Source: Chitinophagaceae bacterium UBA4411 (GTDB lineage Bacteria > Bacteroidota > Bacteroidia > Chitinophagales > Chitinophagaceae). From it: a stretch of 64,000 nucleotides of DNA. The first letter of the stretch is position 1. Each line of letters begins with the position of its first letter. The stretch covers positions 77,373-141,372 of the forward strand of contig DGQP01000007.1 in NCBI GenBank assembly GCA_002400415.1, in the 5' to 3' direction. This document shows, in pieces, positions 1 through 10,592 of this stretch. The notes below the pieces were generated by a model. It did not search any database. It saw only the letters and a list, made by a program, of their open reading frames with translations, and was not told where the DNA came from. A program made the translations under genes and the position numbers.

Positions 1-155
1 TCATGTTTGATTATCATCTCCCGGATGCTGTTATGAAGCCAGGAAGCATGATCCTTCTGGTCTTTATTCAATGCCAGTGCGATTACGTTTTCGTCAGCTG
101 ATAAACAAACCGATGCTGTTTCAAGTGCAGTGTCAATATGTAAGATCAGTGCCAT
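1..155 (-). CDS. tsaB: tRNA threonylcarbamoyladenosine biosynthesis protein TsaB (N-terminal fragment, continues off window)
   Basis: Reverse-complement of 1-155 starts ATG and reads MALILHIDTALETASVCLSADENVIALALNKDQKDHASW. This is the typical TsaB/YeaZ N-terminus (IDTA...S.AL). It is truncated by the window edge. Confidence 0.5.
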   Translation of the reverse strand, partial: MALILHIDTALETASVCLSADENVIALALNKDQKDHASWLHNSIREMIIKH

Positions 156-788
156 TTAGCAGATTGCTTCTTTTATCAGCCCGGGGGCTGGTTGGTAACG
201 GGTTTGTTCTTTGCTAAGTTCAGTTAAAAGCAACAGAATATTTTCAAGCCCGATCTTCTTACCCCACTCAAAAGGCCCGCAGGGATAATTGGTGCCGGTT
301 TTCATAGCAATGTCAATATCATCCTTGGTGCTTACCTCTTCCTCCAGGGAGAAATATGCTTCATTAATGATCATTGCTACAACCCTGGCAGAAATAAATC
401 CGGCAATATCAGGTACCCAACTGGTTGTTTTACCAAAGGCGGAAAAAATTGAGGCTACTTTATCTTTCATCATCTCATCCTTTCCTGCTGCTTCAACAAC
501 GGATCTTTTTAGAAAAGTTGCCCATGCATTGATACGAACAAACTGTGATGGTAAACCCTGTAACGTACCCGCAACATGATTGACGATGACGGGGGCAGAA
601 GGAATGCAACTCAGCAAGTCAACCCTGGCCGGTTCATTGATGAACAAAAGATCGATAAAAGCATCAGCGGTGGTAAAATCTTTGAAATAAACAGGATTAT
701 TGATCCATTCCACCTGTGCATTGGAAGCGGACCCCTGCGCCAGCAGTTCTTCTTTTAATATATCGTTGGCGAGCACGACCAGCTTCAT
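156..788 (-). CDS. 3-hydroxyacyl-CoA dehydrogenase family protein (divergent, degenerate N-terminal dinucleotide motif)
   Basis: Contains the DIAGFISARVV (PGF..NR-type) motif and DIDIAMKTGTNYPCGPFEW (DID.AMK.G...P.GP) motif of 3-hydroxyacyl-CoA dehydrogenases. The N-terminus lacks a clean GxGxxG motif. Confidence 0.6.
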   Translation of the reverse strand: MKLVVLANDILKEELLAQGSASNAQVEWINNPVYFKDFTTADAFIDLLFINEPARVDLLSCIPSAPVIVNHVAGTLQGLPSQFVRINAWATFLKRSVVEAAGKDEMMKDKVASIFSAFGKTTSWVPDIAGFISARVVAMIINEAYFSLEEEVSTKDDIDIAMKTGTNYPCGPFEWGKKIGLENILLLLTELSKEQTRYQPAPGLIKEAIC

Positions 789-853
789 AGACTATTTTTT
801 GCAAAGAAAGTGTATAAAGCTAAATTCGTTGTTCCGTTTTTTAAAATACTAGT

Positions 854-1234
854 ATGAGCAAAACGATCATTAACACCCCGGATGCCCCTGCGCCTATCGG
901 CCCATATAACCAGGCTGTGCAAACCGGTAACCTGCTCTTTATTTCAGGGCAGATATGTATTCACCCGCCAACAGGAGAAATGAAGAATAAAGACCTGCAG
1001 GAAGAAACTCACCAGGTGATGCACAACCTGAAAGCTATCCTGCAACAGGCCGGGATGACTTTCAGTAATGTTGTAAAAACAACAATCTTTCTTACTGATA
1101 TGAAACGTTTTGCCGAGGTTAACGAGATCTATGGGCAATACTTTGAGGGGGAGTTCCCGGCCCGGGAAACAGTAGAGGTCTCGGCCTTACCCAAATTTGT
1201 GAACGTGGAGATCAGCATGGTAGCCGCAAAATAG
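854..1234 (+). CDS. ridA: RidA family protein (YjgF/TdcF reactive intermediate deaminase)
   Basis: 126 aa protein. Reads PDAPAPIGPYNQAV...LLFISGQI...NVVKTTIFLTDM...EIYGQYF, the canonical RidA/YjgF pattern. Confidence 0.85.
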   Translation: MSKTIINTPDAPAPIGPYNQAVQTGNLLFISGQICIHPPTGEMKNKDLQEETHQVMHNLKAILQQAGMTFSNVVKTTIFLTDMKRFAEVNEIYGQYFEGEFPARETVEVSALPKFVNVEISMVAAK

Positions 1235-1241
1235 GCCTCTT

Positions 1242-2336
1242 ATGCGGCGTTTTCTCCGGTCCATATTACTGAAACCTGTTTTATGGGCTTCAGCCAAATT
1301 CTCTTCCCGGCCGGAAAAGCAAAAAGTATTTGAATCCCTCAGCAAATTAATTGACCGCATTACCGCGAAGGAAGGAGATAAAGGCCCGGTTATTTCTTTT
1401 GATCTTCACGAAGGGCGGTTCATCATTTTTTCCGATCAGCATAAAGGTGCAAGAGACGGTGCAGATGATTTTGCAATGGCAGCGCCCAATTATCTGGCGG
1501 CTCTTGATTATTACTTTACGGAAGGGTATACCCTTATTAATCTTGGAGACAGTGAAGAACTGTGGGAGAATAGTCTTGGTAAAGTGAGAAAATTCAACCA
1601 GAAAAACCTTGAAGCTGAGAAAAGATTCCTGCAACAAAAGCGGTTCATTAAGATCTTTGGCAATCATGACCTGTATTGGGATAATGACCCGCTGGCCTGG
1701 TGGCAGCTGAAAGCGATTTATGGTGAAAAACTGAAAGTATATGAAGCTGTATTGCTCAGTACAATGATTTATAATAGGCGCCTGGACATTTTCTGCACGC
1801 ATGGCCACCAGGGCGATGCACAAAGCGATGGCAACTGGTTCAGTAAATTCTTTGTGGCAAAAATCTGGGCGCCTTTACAGGCTTACCTGCGTATCAATCC
1901 CAATACCCCGGCATACAATGCCGAGAAAAAATCACTGCACAACAGCATCATGTATGAATGGTCCTTATTGCAGGAGAATATGCTACTGGTTACCGGGCAT
2001 ACGCACCAGCCGGTATTTGGTTCTCTCACCCTCCTGGAAAGATTATACAGGCAATTTCAGCAGGCCGGGGCAGCCGGTGATACCGGGCGACAAAATGAAC
2101 TAAAGAACGAAATACGAAAAAGGGAAAAAGAATTTTCTGCTGTTTCTATTGACTATATGACAATGAGGCCTTCCTATTTCAACAGCGGCTGTTGTTGTTA
2201 TAGTGATGGCGATATTACTGGTATCGAAATAGCAGATGGCTGCATCCGGCTTATCAAGTGGACCCTGCCGGGACAGGTTTCACACCGGGAAATCCTGGAA
2301 GAAATGCCTTTAGCGGAATTGGCCGGGCAATTATAA
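1242..2336 (+). CDS. metallophosphoesterase (calcineurin-like phosphoesterase)
   Basis: Has the GNHDLYW and THGHQGD motifs typical of metallophosphoesterases. Confidence 0.7.
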   Translation: MRRFLRSILLKPVLWASAKFSSRPEKQKVFESLSKLIDRITAKEGDKGPVISFDLHEGRFIIFSDQHKGARDGADDFAMAAPNYLAALDYYFTEGYTLINLGDSEELWENSLGKVRKFNQKNLEAEKRFLQQKRFIKIFGNHDLYWDNDPLAWWQLKAIYGEKLKVYEAVLLSTMIYNRRLDIFCTHGHQGDAQSDGNWFSKFFVAKIWAPLQAYLRINPNTPAYNAEKKSLHNSIMYEWSLLQENMLLVTGHTHQPVFGSLTLLERLYRQFQQAGAAGDTGRQNELKNEIRKREKEFSAVSIDYMTMRPSYFNSGCCCYSDGDITGIEIADGCIRLIKWTLPGQVSHREILEEMPLAELAGQL

Positions 2337-2339
2337 AAG

Positions 2340-2813
2340 TTACTTTACTTTTTTATAATAAAAATCTGATTTCCGGTAACTGCCTTTATCCATACCTTCT
2401 ATCCAGGCATGCAGGTTGTCATTTTTGGGTAATTCATAATTGATCTTTTGTGGAAAATCATGTTCAGGGTTGTCAAAAACAAAAACATCCTTTTCCGTGC
2501 TGATCAATTTAAAAGTTACCGGTAACAGGTCGTTTTGCCCCTGTACAACCGGGATATAAAATATGGCATTGCTTTTCCTGACCAATTGAACTTCTTCTAA
2601 TAACAGGGTATCCATTGTATTGATCAGCCTGTAGCTCTTCCCGGCCAGTACACTGTCACTGATCTTTACCCAGCTTTCGTAAGTGATACCCCTTTTCGTT
2701 TGCATAGTCCAGGTGCCTTCAAGACCCTGTAATCTTTTAAAATCAGCTGCTGCATCCTGCGCAGTTGATTTTATGGAAGCGGCTATCAATATGATGAAGA
2801 TCATCTTTTTCAT
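2340..2813 (-). CDS. hypothetical secreted/lipoprotein
   Basis: 157 aa protein with an N-terminal signal peptide (MKKMIFIILIAASIKSTAQ). No recognisable catalytic motif. Confidence 0.5.
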   Translation of the reverse strand: MKKMIFIILIAASIKSTAQDAAADFKRLQGLEGTWTMQTKRGITYESWVKISDSVLAGKSYRLINTMDTLLLEEVQLVRKSNAIFYIPVVQGQNDLLPVTFKLISTEKDVFVFDNPEHDFPQKINYELPKNDNLHAWIEGMDKGSYRKSDFYYKKVK

Positions 2814-2824
2814 ATCTCTAAACT

Positions 2825-2853
2825 AAAATAAAAAACCCTCTTTCGAAAGAGGG
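2825..2853 (-). terminator. rho-independent terminator downstream of the M1 peptidase gene
   Basis: GC-rich palindrome ccctctttcgaaagaggg, followed on the minus strand by a T-run (complement of aaaataaaaaa). Confidence 0.5.
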
Positions 2854-2866
2854 TTTTCACGAAGGA

Positions 2867-4825
2867 TTAAAATGCTTTTTTCCAGCTATTATTTTTCCGG
2901 TCCCAATCAGGCAACTGGTTATCGGGATCAAGTATCACCTCTTTGATCTCGCTGGTAGTGGGAACTGTAAACGTCCATTCTGCTCCCCGCTGCCATATTT
3001 CAACAGGCAGGTTGAGTTTGTATTCTTTCCCGTTAGCTTCTTTAATGAATACCGTAACCGGCATGGGCATTTTTTCTTTATTTTCTATTGTTACCTGTGC
3101 GCCGTTAGCCGGTTTTTCATCAATATAATTGACTGCTTTTACTGACTGATCAATCTTCCAGGTATTCAATACCCAGCCTCTCCAGAACCAGCCAAGATCT
3201 TCACCGCTTACATTTTCGATGCTGTGAAAGAAATCCCATGGGGTGGGATGTTTGAAAGCCCAGCGCCTGATATACTCTGCCAATGCCATATCGAAACGTT
3301 CTGCGCCCAACACGGTATTTCGTAATACCTGCAGCATCAGGGAAGGTTTCATGTAGGCAGCCACGCCAAGATTGCCCTGCTGAATTACTTCAGGTATATT
3401 ATAAAGGCCGTCCATTTCGGGACCGAACACCCATTTTACAGAAAAATCAGAAGTGGGATCATCGAAAAAACTTTGTTGCATGAATTCCCCTTTGTTAAAT
3501 GCGGCAGTTGACAAATCATTGATAAATGTATTGAAGCCCTCATCCATCCAGGCGTATTTTCTTTCATTACTGCCTACAATCATCGGAAACCAGGTATGGC
3601 CCAGCTCATGATCTGTTACAGCCCATAGTCCTGCACCGGCAGCTTCATGACTACAAAATACAATACCGGGGTATTCCATACCACCCGCAATGCCGGCTAC
3701 ATTGGTGGCGGCAGGATAAGGGAATTCATACCATTTGGCAGAATAATGTTCAATGCTTGCTTTGGTAAATTCAGTAGAACGCTGCCAGCCATCTTTGGTA
3801 ATACTTTCAACGGGGTATACACTGGTAGCCCTGCATTTTTTCCCGCTGGGTAAATTGATTCTGGCTGCGTCCTGTACAAATGCCCTTGAAGCAGCCCATG
3901 CCACATCTCTTGTATTTTGAATGGCAAACCGCCAGGTGGTAAATGCTGTTTTGGGTCTTGATTTTTTATCCGTTACTTCTTTGGCGCTGTGGATCATTAT
4001 AGTCTTATCACTGGCGGAGGCCGCCTCCCATCTCTTTAATTGTTCCTCTGTATAACATTCTGACGGGTTTAATAATTCCCCCGAGCCCACCACGATCATA
4101 TCAGACGGGGCAGTAATGCTAAATGTGATATCGCCATATTCAAGATAAAACTCTCCGGCTCCTGCATAAGGCAGGGTATTCCATCCCTGGATATCATCAT
4201 ACACACACATACGGGGAAACCATTGTGCCACTTCATATATCCAGCCATTCTTTGTTTTTAATCTTCCCATACGGTCAGTACCGTATTCAGGTATGGTGAA
4301 TGAATAACTGATCTTTATTTTAATGCTTTCATTAGTTTTCAACTGATCTTTCAGCCAGACCTGCATTCTTGTATCCGTAGTGATCGTTTTGCCGGGTACG
4401 TAAGTTACTCCCGCTGTTTCCAGTTGCACACTGCTGATAACATATCCGTCAGTGAAATTGGAATTGGCCCAGCGTCCCCCGGCTTCGGTGGTAGTTGCAG
4501 AACCACGGGATTCTTTTTTGTAGATGTTCTGGTCTAACTGCAGCCATACGAAACGTATATTATCCGGGCTGTTATTAGTGTAAGTAATAACGACATCACC
4601 AGTGACGGTATGTTTGCCCGTGTCAATTTTACAATCAATGAGATAATCGGCTTTGTTTTGCCAGTACTTCGGGCCGGGTTCGCCACTGGCACTGCGGAAG
4701 TCGTTGCCGGGGTAAGGATAGAACTGCGGGTTAAATGCTTCTTTAGCATCATATACGGATTGAGAAAAGGCTACTAATAGCATGCAAAGACCCGCAATCG
4801 TTAATGCTGATTTTTTCATGTACAA
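2867..4825 (-). CDS. M1 family metallopeptidase (aminopeptidase N-like), secreted
   Basis: HELGHTWF...(18 aa)...WMDEGFNTF matches the HEXXH-X18-E zinc-binding signature of the M1 family. Has a signal peptide. Confidence 0.8.
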   Translation of the reverse strand: MYMKKSALTIAGLCMLLVAFSQSVYDAKEAFNPQFYPYPGNDFRSASGEPGPKYWQNKADYLIDCKIDTGKHTVTGDVVITYTNNSPDNIRFVWLQLDQNIYKKESRGSATTTEAGGRWANSNFTDGYVISSVQLETAGVTYVPGKTITTDTRMQVWLKDQLKTNESIKIKISYSFTIPEYGTDRMGRLKTKNGWIYEVAQWFPRMCVYDDIQGWNTLPYAGAGEFYLEYGDITFSITAPSDMIVVGSGELLNPSECYTEEQLKRWEAASASDKTIMIHSAKEVTDKKSRPKTAFTTWRFAIQNTRDVAWAASRAFVQDAARINLPSGKKCRATSVYPVESITKDGWQRSTEFTKASIEHYSAKWYEFPYPAATNVAGIAGGMEYPGIVFCSHEAAGAGLWAVTDHELGHTWFPMIVGSNERKYAWMDEGFNTFINDLSTAAFNKGEFMQQSFFDDPTSDFSVKWVFGPEMDGLYNIPEVIQQGNLGVAAYMKPSLMLQVLRNTVLGAERFDMALAEYIRRWAFKHPTPWDFFHSIENVSGEDLGWFWRGWVLNTWKIDQSVKAVNYIDEKPANGAQVTIENKEKMPMPVTVFIKEANGKEYKLNLPVEIWQRGAEWTFTVPTTSEIKEVILDPDNQLPDWDRKNNSWKKAF

Positions 4826-4899
4826 AATTTAGATATGGAACTGTAAGTTAACAGAAAAGATTGCAGGCAGGCTGCTGCTGTCCGGGTATTTGGAAATCT

Positions 4900-5616
4900 T
4901 TAGGGAAAAAGTGACTCTGCAACAGCAACGGATTCGGGTTTCCCAACATCCACCCAGCGGTCACCTGTATGATCATAACCAAGGATCACATGTTCTTTTG
5001 CCAATTCAAGGTATACATCGATGAGCGAAAATTTACCAGTGAAAGGCAGCAGGCCCAGCACATCATATTCAAAGACAGCTACACAACTATAAGCTCTTTG
5101 TACAAGCTCGTTTTTGGGCAGGGCGATACGTTGTTCCCCTGTCGTATTATTGATCCAGCCACAGAGGCGGTCATCCGTATCAAAAAGGAGATTGCGGGAA
5201 GTTTTACGTTTGGTTACACCGAAAGAGATCAGGGGTTTGTTCTCTTCATGATAGGTCATCAGTGTATCAATGCTGAATTCAGTGAGAATATCGACGTTGC
5301 AGGTAATAAATCTTTCACCCGGGGTGAAAAGCTCTTTGGCTTTCAGCAGGCCGCCGCCGGTATCCAGCAACGCTTCTCTTTCGTCACTGATCGTTACATT
5401 ACTTCCCCAGCCTTTGTTTTTTTCCAGGGTCTCAATTACCTGCTCTGCAAAATGATGAACATTGACAATGACATCTGTAATGCCATATTGCTGCAGGTAT
5501 TCAATATTACGTTGCAACAGGGTCTTACCATTAATAAGGGCAAGCGCCTTAGGATGTTTATCTGTCCATGGTTTGAACCGGGTGCCGAGCCCGGCGGAAA
5601 ATATCATTGCTTTCAT
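4900..5616 (-). CDS. murU: sugar-1-phosphate nucleotidyltransferase (N-acetylmuramate alpha-1-phosphate uridylyltransferase MurU-like)
   Basis: The N-terminal MIFSAGLGTRFKP motif is the G-x-G-T-R motif of sugar nucleotidyltransferases. The gene sits beside, and overlaps, an AmgK-like kinase gene, as in the AmgK-MurU cell-wall recycling pair. Confidence 0.6.
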   Translation of the reverse strand: MKAMIFSAGLGTRFKPWTDKHPKALALINGKTLLQRNIEYLQQYGITDVIVNVHHFAEQVIETLEKNKGWGSNVTISDEREALLDTGGGLLKAKELFTPGERFITCNVDILTEFSIDTLMTYHEENKPLISFGVTKRKTSRNLLFDTDDRLCGWINNTTGEQRIALPKNELVQRAYSCVAVFEYDVLGLLPFTGKFSLIDVYLELAKEHVILGYDHTGDRWVDVGKPESVAVAESLFP

Positions 5617-7079
5617 TGCTTCTCGGGTAATGGGTTTTGCCAGTTTTTCTCGTCCTGTACCCAGTGATTGAGTTCGATTTTTACTTTGAACTTATTCTTT
5701 AAATGCCGGGCCATTGCATCAGCTGCGTATACGCTGCGGTGCTGGCCACCGGTGCAACCGAAACTGACCATCAGGCTTTCAAAGTCCCGGTTAATATATT
5801 CTTCCACGGTGATATCCACAATATCGAACACACTGTTCAGGAATTCCGGCATCTTTGTCTGCTGTTCTAAAAAATCTTTTACCTGTTTATCACGGCCAGT
5901 TTGTGTTTTCATACTCTCCACCCGGCCAGGGTTTAAAATGCCCCGGCAATCAAATACAAAACCACCGCCATTCTCCGTATCATCTGCCGGTATTAGTTTG
6001 CGGTAAGAGAAACTGCTGATCTTTACCACAAGCGGAGTCTGCTCTGTAGCTTGTGTGGGGGTGAACTGCTGAATGATCTCATCTGCCACACAGATGTCAA
6101 GCACTTTCTTGAATTCAGGAACCGATATTCCCAAACTCTGGTTTCGGAAAAAATCCCGGAGATTCCGTAATGCTAACGGGATGCTCGTCAGGAACTGAGC
6201 TTTTCTTTCAAACAATCCCCTGAAACCGTAGGCCCCCAACACTTGTAATAACCGGATCAGGACATAGCCATTATACTGGCTGCGGAAAATATTCCTGTCA
6301 AGCGGGGCATTGATCAGCTGTTCAAAGGCGTTCATATAATCCCCCAGCAAATTGTCTTTCCATTCATCAGGCAGGTTGGCTCTTGCCTGCCAGAGCATAC
6401 TGGCCACATCATATTGCGGAGCCCCTTTCATTCCTCCCTGGTAGTCGATGAAGTGCACATTATCATCAGGGGTTATCATAATATTCCGGCTTTGAAAATC
6501 CCGGAACATAAAATATTTGTATTCTGTATGAGTCAGGTAATTACTCAATGCTTCAAAATCATCAATTAATTTTTGTTTGTCATAAGGCTTCCGCAGGGCA
6601 TCCAGAAAATAATATTTAAAGTAGAGCAGGTCAGCCATGATGGCCTGTTTGCCAAATTCTTTATTGGTAAGACAGCGGTTATAATCAAGACCCATATCGC
6701 CTTTTACCTGCAAACGGGCCAGTTCCGTAAGGCTTTTCTTAAAAAGGTCGTATACATAAGGAGTAAAACTGCCGGCTTCCAGTTTATTCAGCAGCGAAGT
6801 GTTGCCAAAATCCTCCTGTAAATAAAAAACCCGGTCTTTACTGACCGCCAGTAGTTGAGGTGTCGCCAGTTTTTTTTCACTGAACAGGCTGGAGAAATAA
6901 ATGAAACTTTCATTTTCCTTGATATTTGCTCCATAAGTACCAATCACGGAACCTTCTTTCCCGTGCAAACGGAAATAGCGGCGTTCACTGCCCGATTGGG
7001 GCAATAGGTCAATTGATTGGGGGGGCTGGCCTTTCCATTCAGTATAAAGCTGTTGGATTGCTTCAATAGCATGCTGCAT
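5613..7079 (-). CDS. amgK: anomeric MurNAc/GlcNAc kinase AmgK-like phosphotransferase fused to a RapZ C-terminal-like domain
   Basis: The N-terminal two-thirds has an APH/CotS-type kinase fold (FRDFQSRNIMI catalytic loop; HFIDYQGG...YDVASML DFG-like region). The C-terminal segment (FDCRGILNPGR...FGCTGGQHRSVYAADAMARHL) resembles the RapZ (YhbJ) C-terminal domain (F.LPNP...GCTGG.HRSV). The stop overlaps the murU-like start. Confidence 0.6.
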   Translation of the reverse strand: MQHAIEAIQQLYTEWKGQPPQSIDLLPQSGSERRYFRLHGKEGSVIGTYGANIKENESFIYFSSLFSEKKLATPQLLAVSKDRVFYLQEDFGNTSLLNKLEAGSFTPYVYDLFKKSLTELARLQVKGDMGLDYNRCLTNKEFGKQAIMADLLYFKYYFLDALRKPYDKQKLIDDFEALSNYLTHTEYKYFMFRDFQSRNIMITPDDNVHFIDYQGGMKGAPQYDVASMLWQARANLPDEWKDNLLGDYMNAFEQLINAPLDRNIFRSQYNGYVLIRLLQVLGAYGFRGLFERKAQFLTSIPLALRNLRDFFRNQSLGISVPEFKKVLDICVADEIIQQFTPTQATEQTPLVVKISSFSYRKLIPADDTENGGGFVFDCRGILNPGRVESMKTQTGRDKQVKDFLEQQTKMPEFLNSVFDIVDITVEEYINRDFESLMVSFGCTGGQHRSVYAADAMARHLKNKFKVKIELNHWVQDEKNWQNPLPEKQ

Positions 7080-7171
7080 GCAGCAAATGTAGGGAAATGA
7101 CCACCTGCCAGCAACACTAACAGGTATTAGCTTTTAGGATTAAATTTGCCCGTTACCAAGCCTGGAGATTT

Positions 7172-10100
7172 ATGAGTTATAAACCGGTTAATAAAGTTCG
7201 GATTGTTACAGCAGCTTCTCTTTTTGACGGACACGATGCTGCCATTAATATCATGCGCCGCATTATGCAGAGTAAGGGTGCCGAGATCATCCATTTAGGT
7301 CATAACCGTTCTGTTAAAGAGATTGTGGAAACGGCGATTGAAGAAGATGTGCAGGGGATTGCCATCACATCTTACCAGGGTGGCCACGTGGAGTTTTTTA
7401 AATACATGAAGGACCTGCTGGACGAGAATGGCTGTGGCCATATCAGGATATTTGGTGGCGGTGGCGGCACCATCCTTCCCGGTGAAATCGAAGAATTACA
7501 TCAATATGGTATCAGCAGGATCTATTCCCCTGATGACGGAAGGCAAATGGGGCTGGAAGGAATGATTGAGGATGTGATCAGGCAATGCAGCCTCCCCAAC
7601 TCCTCCGCAGGAGGGGCTTCAGCAGTTCAATGGAATGGAAAGCTTCCATTGGATGAGGTAAAAGATGTAAGAAAAATAGCGAAGGCAATAAGTATTGCAG
7701 AAGAAGGAAGAGATTATTCTGACCAATTGAAGGAAATAAAAAGATTATCGGACTCCAAAGACCCCCTTGCGGGGGGTGGGGGGGCGCCAGTACTCGGTAT
7801 TACCGGTACCGGCGGAGCCGGGAAATCATCGGTAACAGACGAGATCGTGCGCCGTTTTCTTGTGAATTTCACTGATAAAACAATTGCTGTCATCTCTGTC
7901 GATCCTTCAAAGAAAAAAACAGGCGGTGCATTGCTGGGTGACCGGATACGGATGAATGCAATCTCCCACCCGAGGGCTTATATGCGCAGTCTTGCCACAA
8001 GGGATGATAATACCGCATTAAGCAGTGCCGTGCAGGAAGCGATTGATATTTGCAAAGCCGCCGCATTTGATTTTATTATTTTGGAAAGTGCAGGTGTGGG
8101 GCAAAGCGATGCTTCGATACTGGATTATTGTGATATAAGCATGTATGTGATGACACCAGAATACGGAGCAGCTTCGCAACTGGAGAAGATCAATATGCTG
8201 GACTATGCAGACCTGGTTTGTATCAATAAATTTGATAAGGCCGGTGCCCTGGATGCTTTAGCAGATGTACGTAAACAATACAAACGCAATCATAGTTTAT
8301 GGACAGCCAAAGATGAAGAACTGCCCATTATTGGAACGATGGCCAGTAAGTTCAACGATGATGGGGTCAATCATTTATTTGAATTGCTGCTGAAAAAAAT
8401 TGAAACCAAAACAAAAACTGTTTTTGGTGGCTACCAGTTTGCTGAAACAGTGAAGGTTTCACAAGCTATTATTCCTTCCGGTCGCACCCGCTACCTGAGT
8501 GAGATCAGTGAGAATAACCGGAACTATGACCAATTGGTAAAAGACCAGGCAGCCATAGCTTCTAAATTATACCAGCTACAAGGTGCATTAGGAGTTTTGC
8601 AAAATAAAGAGGCTAAAGCCCCTCTTGCGGAGGGGTTTGGGGAGGCCATACAGCAACAGATCAGTTTTTACCAGGACCAGTTGACGCCTGTAAGCCGTAA
8701 GCTGATCAGCAACTGGCCTGAAAAAGTAAAAGAATACCAGAAAGACTATTACGAATATACCGTAAGGGACAAAGTGATCCGTCAGGAGATGTTTACGAAG
8801 AGTTTATCGGGTACAAGAATTCCTAAAGTAGTATTGCCAAAATATAAAGACTGGGGTGACTTGTTGAAATGGCAGGCACAGGAAAACGTGCCGGGTCATT
8901 TCCCTTTTACAGCTGGCGTATTTCCTTTAAAAAGGGAGGGAGAGGATCCGACTAGGATGTTTGCGGGTGAAGGTGGTCCGGAAAGAACCAATAAACGGTT
9001 TCACTATGTATCCACCGATCAGCCTGCCAAAAGATTATCTACGGCTTTTGACAGTGTGACTCTATACGGGGAAGATCCGGGTCATCGTCCCGATATTTAT
9101 GGCAAGATCGGCAACAGCGGGGTTAGTATTGCCACGGTGGATGACGCCAAGAAATTATACAGCGGTTTTGATTTATGTGATCCGAAGACCTCTGTATCCA
9201 TGACTATCAACGGACCGGCTCCGATCATTCTTGCTTTCTTCATGAATGCGGCTATTGATCAGCAATGCGAAAAGAAAATCACCGAGCTGGGTTTGTGGGA
9301 TGAAGTAAAAAAAATCAGTACAGTTAAATACAAACATCTTCCGGCCCCTCAATATCATAACGCCTCTTTTCCCGCCGAACTGCCGGAAGGAAATAATGGA
9401 TTAGGTTTAAAATTATTAGGATTGAGTGGAGAAGAAGTACTACCTAAAGAAATATATGAACAATGCAGGCAAACAGCTTTGCAGCAGGTGAGGGGAACGG
9501 TGCAGGCTGATATTCTGAAAGAAGACCAGGCACAGAATACTTGTATCTTCTCCACCGAGTTTGCGCTGAAACTGATGGGCGATGTGCAGGAATATTTTAT
9601 CCGGCAAAAGGTCAGGAATTTTTACTCGGTTTCCATCAGTGGTTATCACATTGCAGAAGCCGGCGCTAATCCTATTACCCAACTGGCTTTTACACTGGCT
9701 AACGGTTTTACTTATGTTGAATATTATCTCAGCCGGGGGATGAATATTGATGATTTTGCCCCGAACCTTTCTTTCTTCTTTAGTAACGGGATGGATCCTG
9801 AATACAGTGTGATCGGGCGGGTGTCGAGACGTATCTGGGCAAAAGCAATGAAGTATAAATACAAGGCAAATAAACGCAGCCAGATGCTGAAATATCATAT
9901 TCAGACATCGGGCAGAAGTTTGCATGCACAGGAAATTGATTTCAATGATATAAGGACGACATTGCAGGCTTTATATGCGATTTATGATAATTGCAATTCT
10001 TTGCATACGAATGCGTATGATGAAGCCATTACAACTCCGACGGAAGAAAGTGTGCGAAGGGCGATGGCGATACAACTGATCATTAACCGGGAACTGGGTA

Positions 10101-10591
10101 CAGCCAATACCGAAAATTTTAGCCAGGGAAGTTTTGCTGTTGAAGAACTGACGGACCTGGTGGAAGAAGCCGTCCTTGCCGAATTTGACCGCATCACTGA
10201 AAGAGGAGGTGTGCTGGGCGCTATGGAACGAATGTACCAGCGGAATAAAATACAGGAAGAAAGCCTTTATTACGAACACCAGAAGCATACAGGTGAATTG
10301 CCATTGATTGGTGTGAATACATTCCTGAATAAAAAAGGAAGCCCTACTATTATCCCGGGAGAAGTAATCAGGAGTACTACCGAAGAAAAAGAACAGCAGA
10401 TCAGGAACCTGGAAGCATTTTGGAAGAGAAATGAACTAAAGAGTGAAAATGAATTACTGCGATTAAAAGAAGTGGCCGTCAATAATGGAAACCTCTTTGA
10501 GCAGCTGATGGAAACGGTGAAGTATTGCTCGCTGGGCCAGATCACTCATGCTTTATACGAGGTAGGGGGACAATACCGCCGTAATATGTAA
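7172..10591 (+). CDS. icmF: fused isobutyryl-CoA mutase IcmF (B12-binding domain + MeaB-like G-protein + methylmalonyl-CoA mutase-type catalytic domain)
   Basis: 1139 aa protein. N-terminal B12-binding module ([10 protein letters not shown]...IHLG). Central MeaB/ArgK P-loop GTPase ([12 protein letters not shown], ...NKFD). Large C-terminal mutase barrel. Confidence 0.8.
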   Translation: MSYKPVNKVRIVTAASLFDGHDAAINIMRRIMQSKGAEIIHLGHNRSVKEIVETAIEEDVQGIAITSYQGGHVEFFKYMKDLLDENGCGHIRIFGGGGGTILPGEIEELHQYGISRIYSPDDGRQMGLEGMIEDVIRQCSLPNSSAGGASAVQWNGKLPLDEVKDVRKIAKAISIAEEGRDYSDQLKEIKRLSDSKDPLAGGGGAPVLGITGTGGAGKSSVTDEIVRRFLVNFTDKTIAVISVDPSKKKTGGALLGDRIRMNAISHPRAYMRSLATRDDNTALSSAVQEAIDICKAAAFDFIILESAGVGQSDASILDYCDISMYVMTPEYGAASQLEKINMLDYADLVCINKFDKAGALDALADVRKQYKRNHSLWTAKDEELPIIGTMASKFNDDGVNHLFELLLKKIETKTKTVFGGYQFAETVKVSQAIIPSGRTRYLSEISENNRNYDQLVKDQAAIASKLYQLQGALGVLQNKEAKAPLAEGFGEAIQQQISFYQDQLTPVSRKLISNWPEKVKEYQKDYYEYTVRDKVIRQEMFTKSLSGTRIPKVVLPKYKDWGDLLKWQAQENVPGHFPFTAGVFPLKREGEDPTRMFAGEGGPERTNKRFHYVSTDQPAKRLSTAFDSVTLYGEDPGHRPDIYGKIGNSGVSIATVDDAKKLYSGFDLCDPKTSVSMTINGPAPIILAFFMNAAIDQQCEKKITELGLWDEVKKISTVKYKHLPAPQYHNASFPAELPEGNNGLGLKLLGLSGEEVLPKEIYEQCRQTALQQVRGTVQADILKEDQAQNTCIFSTEFALKLMGDVQEYFIRQKVRNFYSVSISGYHIAEAGANPITQLAFTLANGFTYVEYYLSRGMNIDDFAPNLSFFFSNGMDPEYSVIGRVSRRIWAKAMKYKYKANKRSQMLKYHIQTSGRSLHAQEIDFNDIRTTLQALYAIYDNCNSLHTNAYDEAITTPTEESVRRAMAIQLIINRELGTANTENFSQGSFAVEELTDLVEEAVLAEFDRITERGGVLGAMERMYQRNKIQEESLYYEHQKHTGELPLIGVNTFLNKKGSPTIIPGEVIRSTTEEKEQQIRNLEAFWKRNELKSENELLRLKEVAVNNGNLFEQLMETVKYCSLGQITHALYEVGGQYRRNM

Positions 10592-10592
10592 C

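Noticed and set aside
7771-7790. G6-T-G7 tract in icmF as a phase-variation site
   Set aside because: It is in-frame, encoding a Gly-rich linker (AGGGGAP) between domains of a metabolic enzyme. It is interrupted by T. It is more likely a linker than a contingency tract.
9440-9925. 161-aa antisense ORF inside icmF, and similar ORFs at 9971-10288 and 10270-10545
   Set aside because: They are fully embedded antisense in a long, well-supported mutase gene. Composition is typical of out-of-frame translation.
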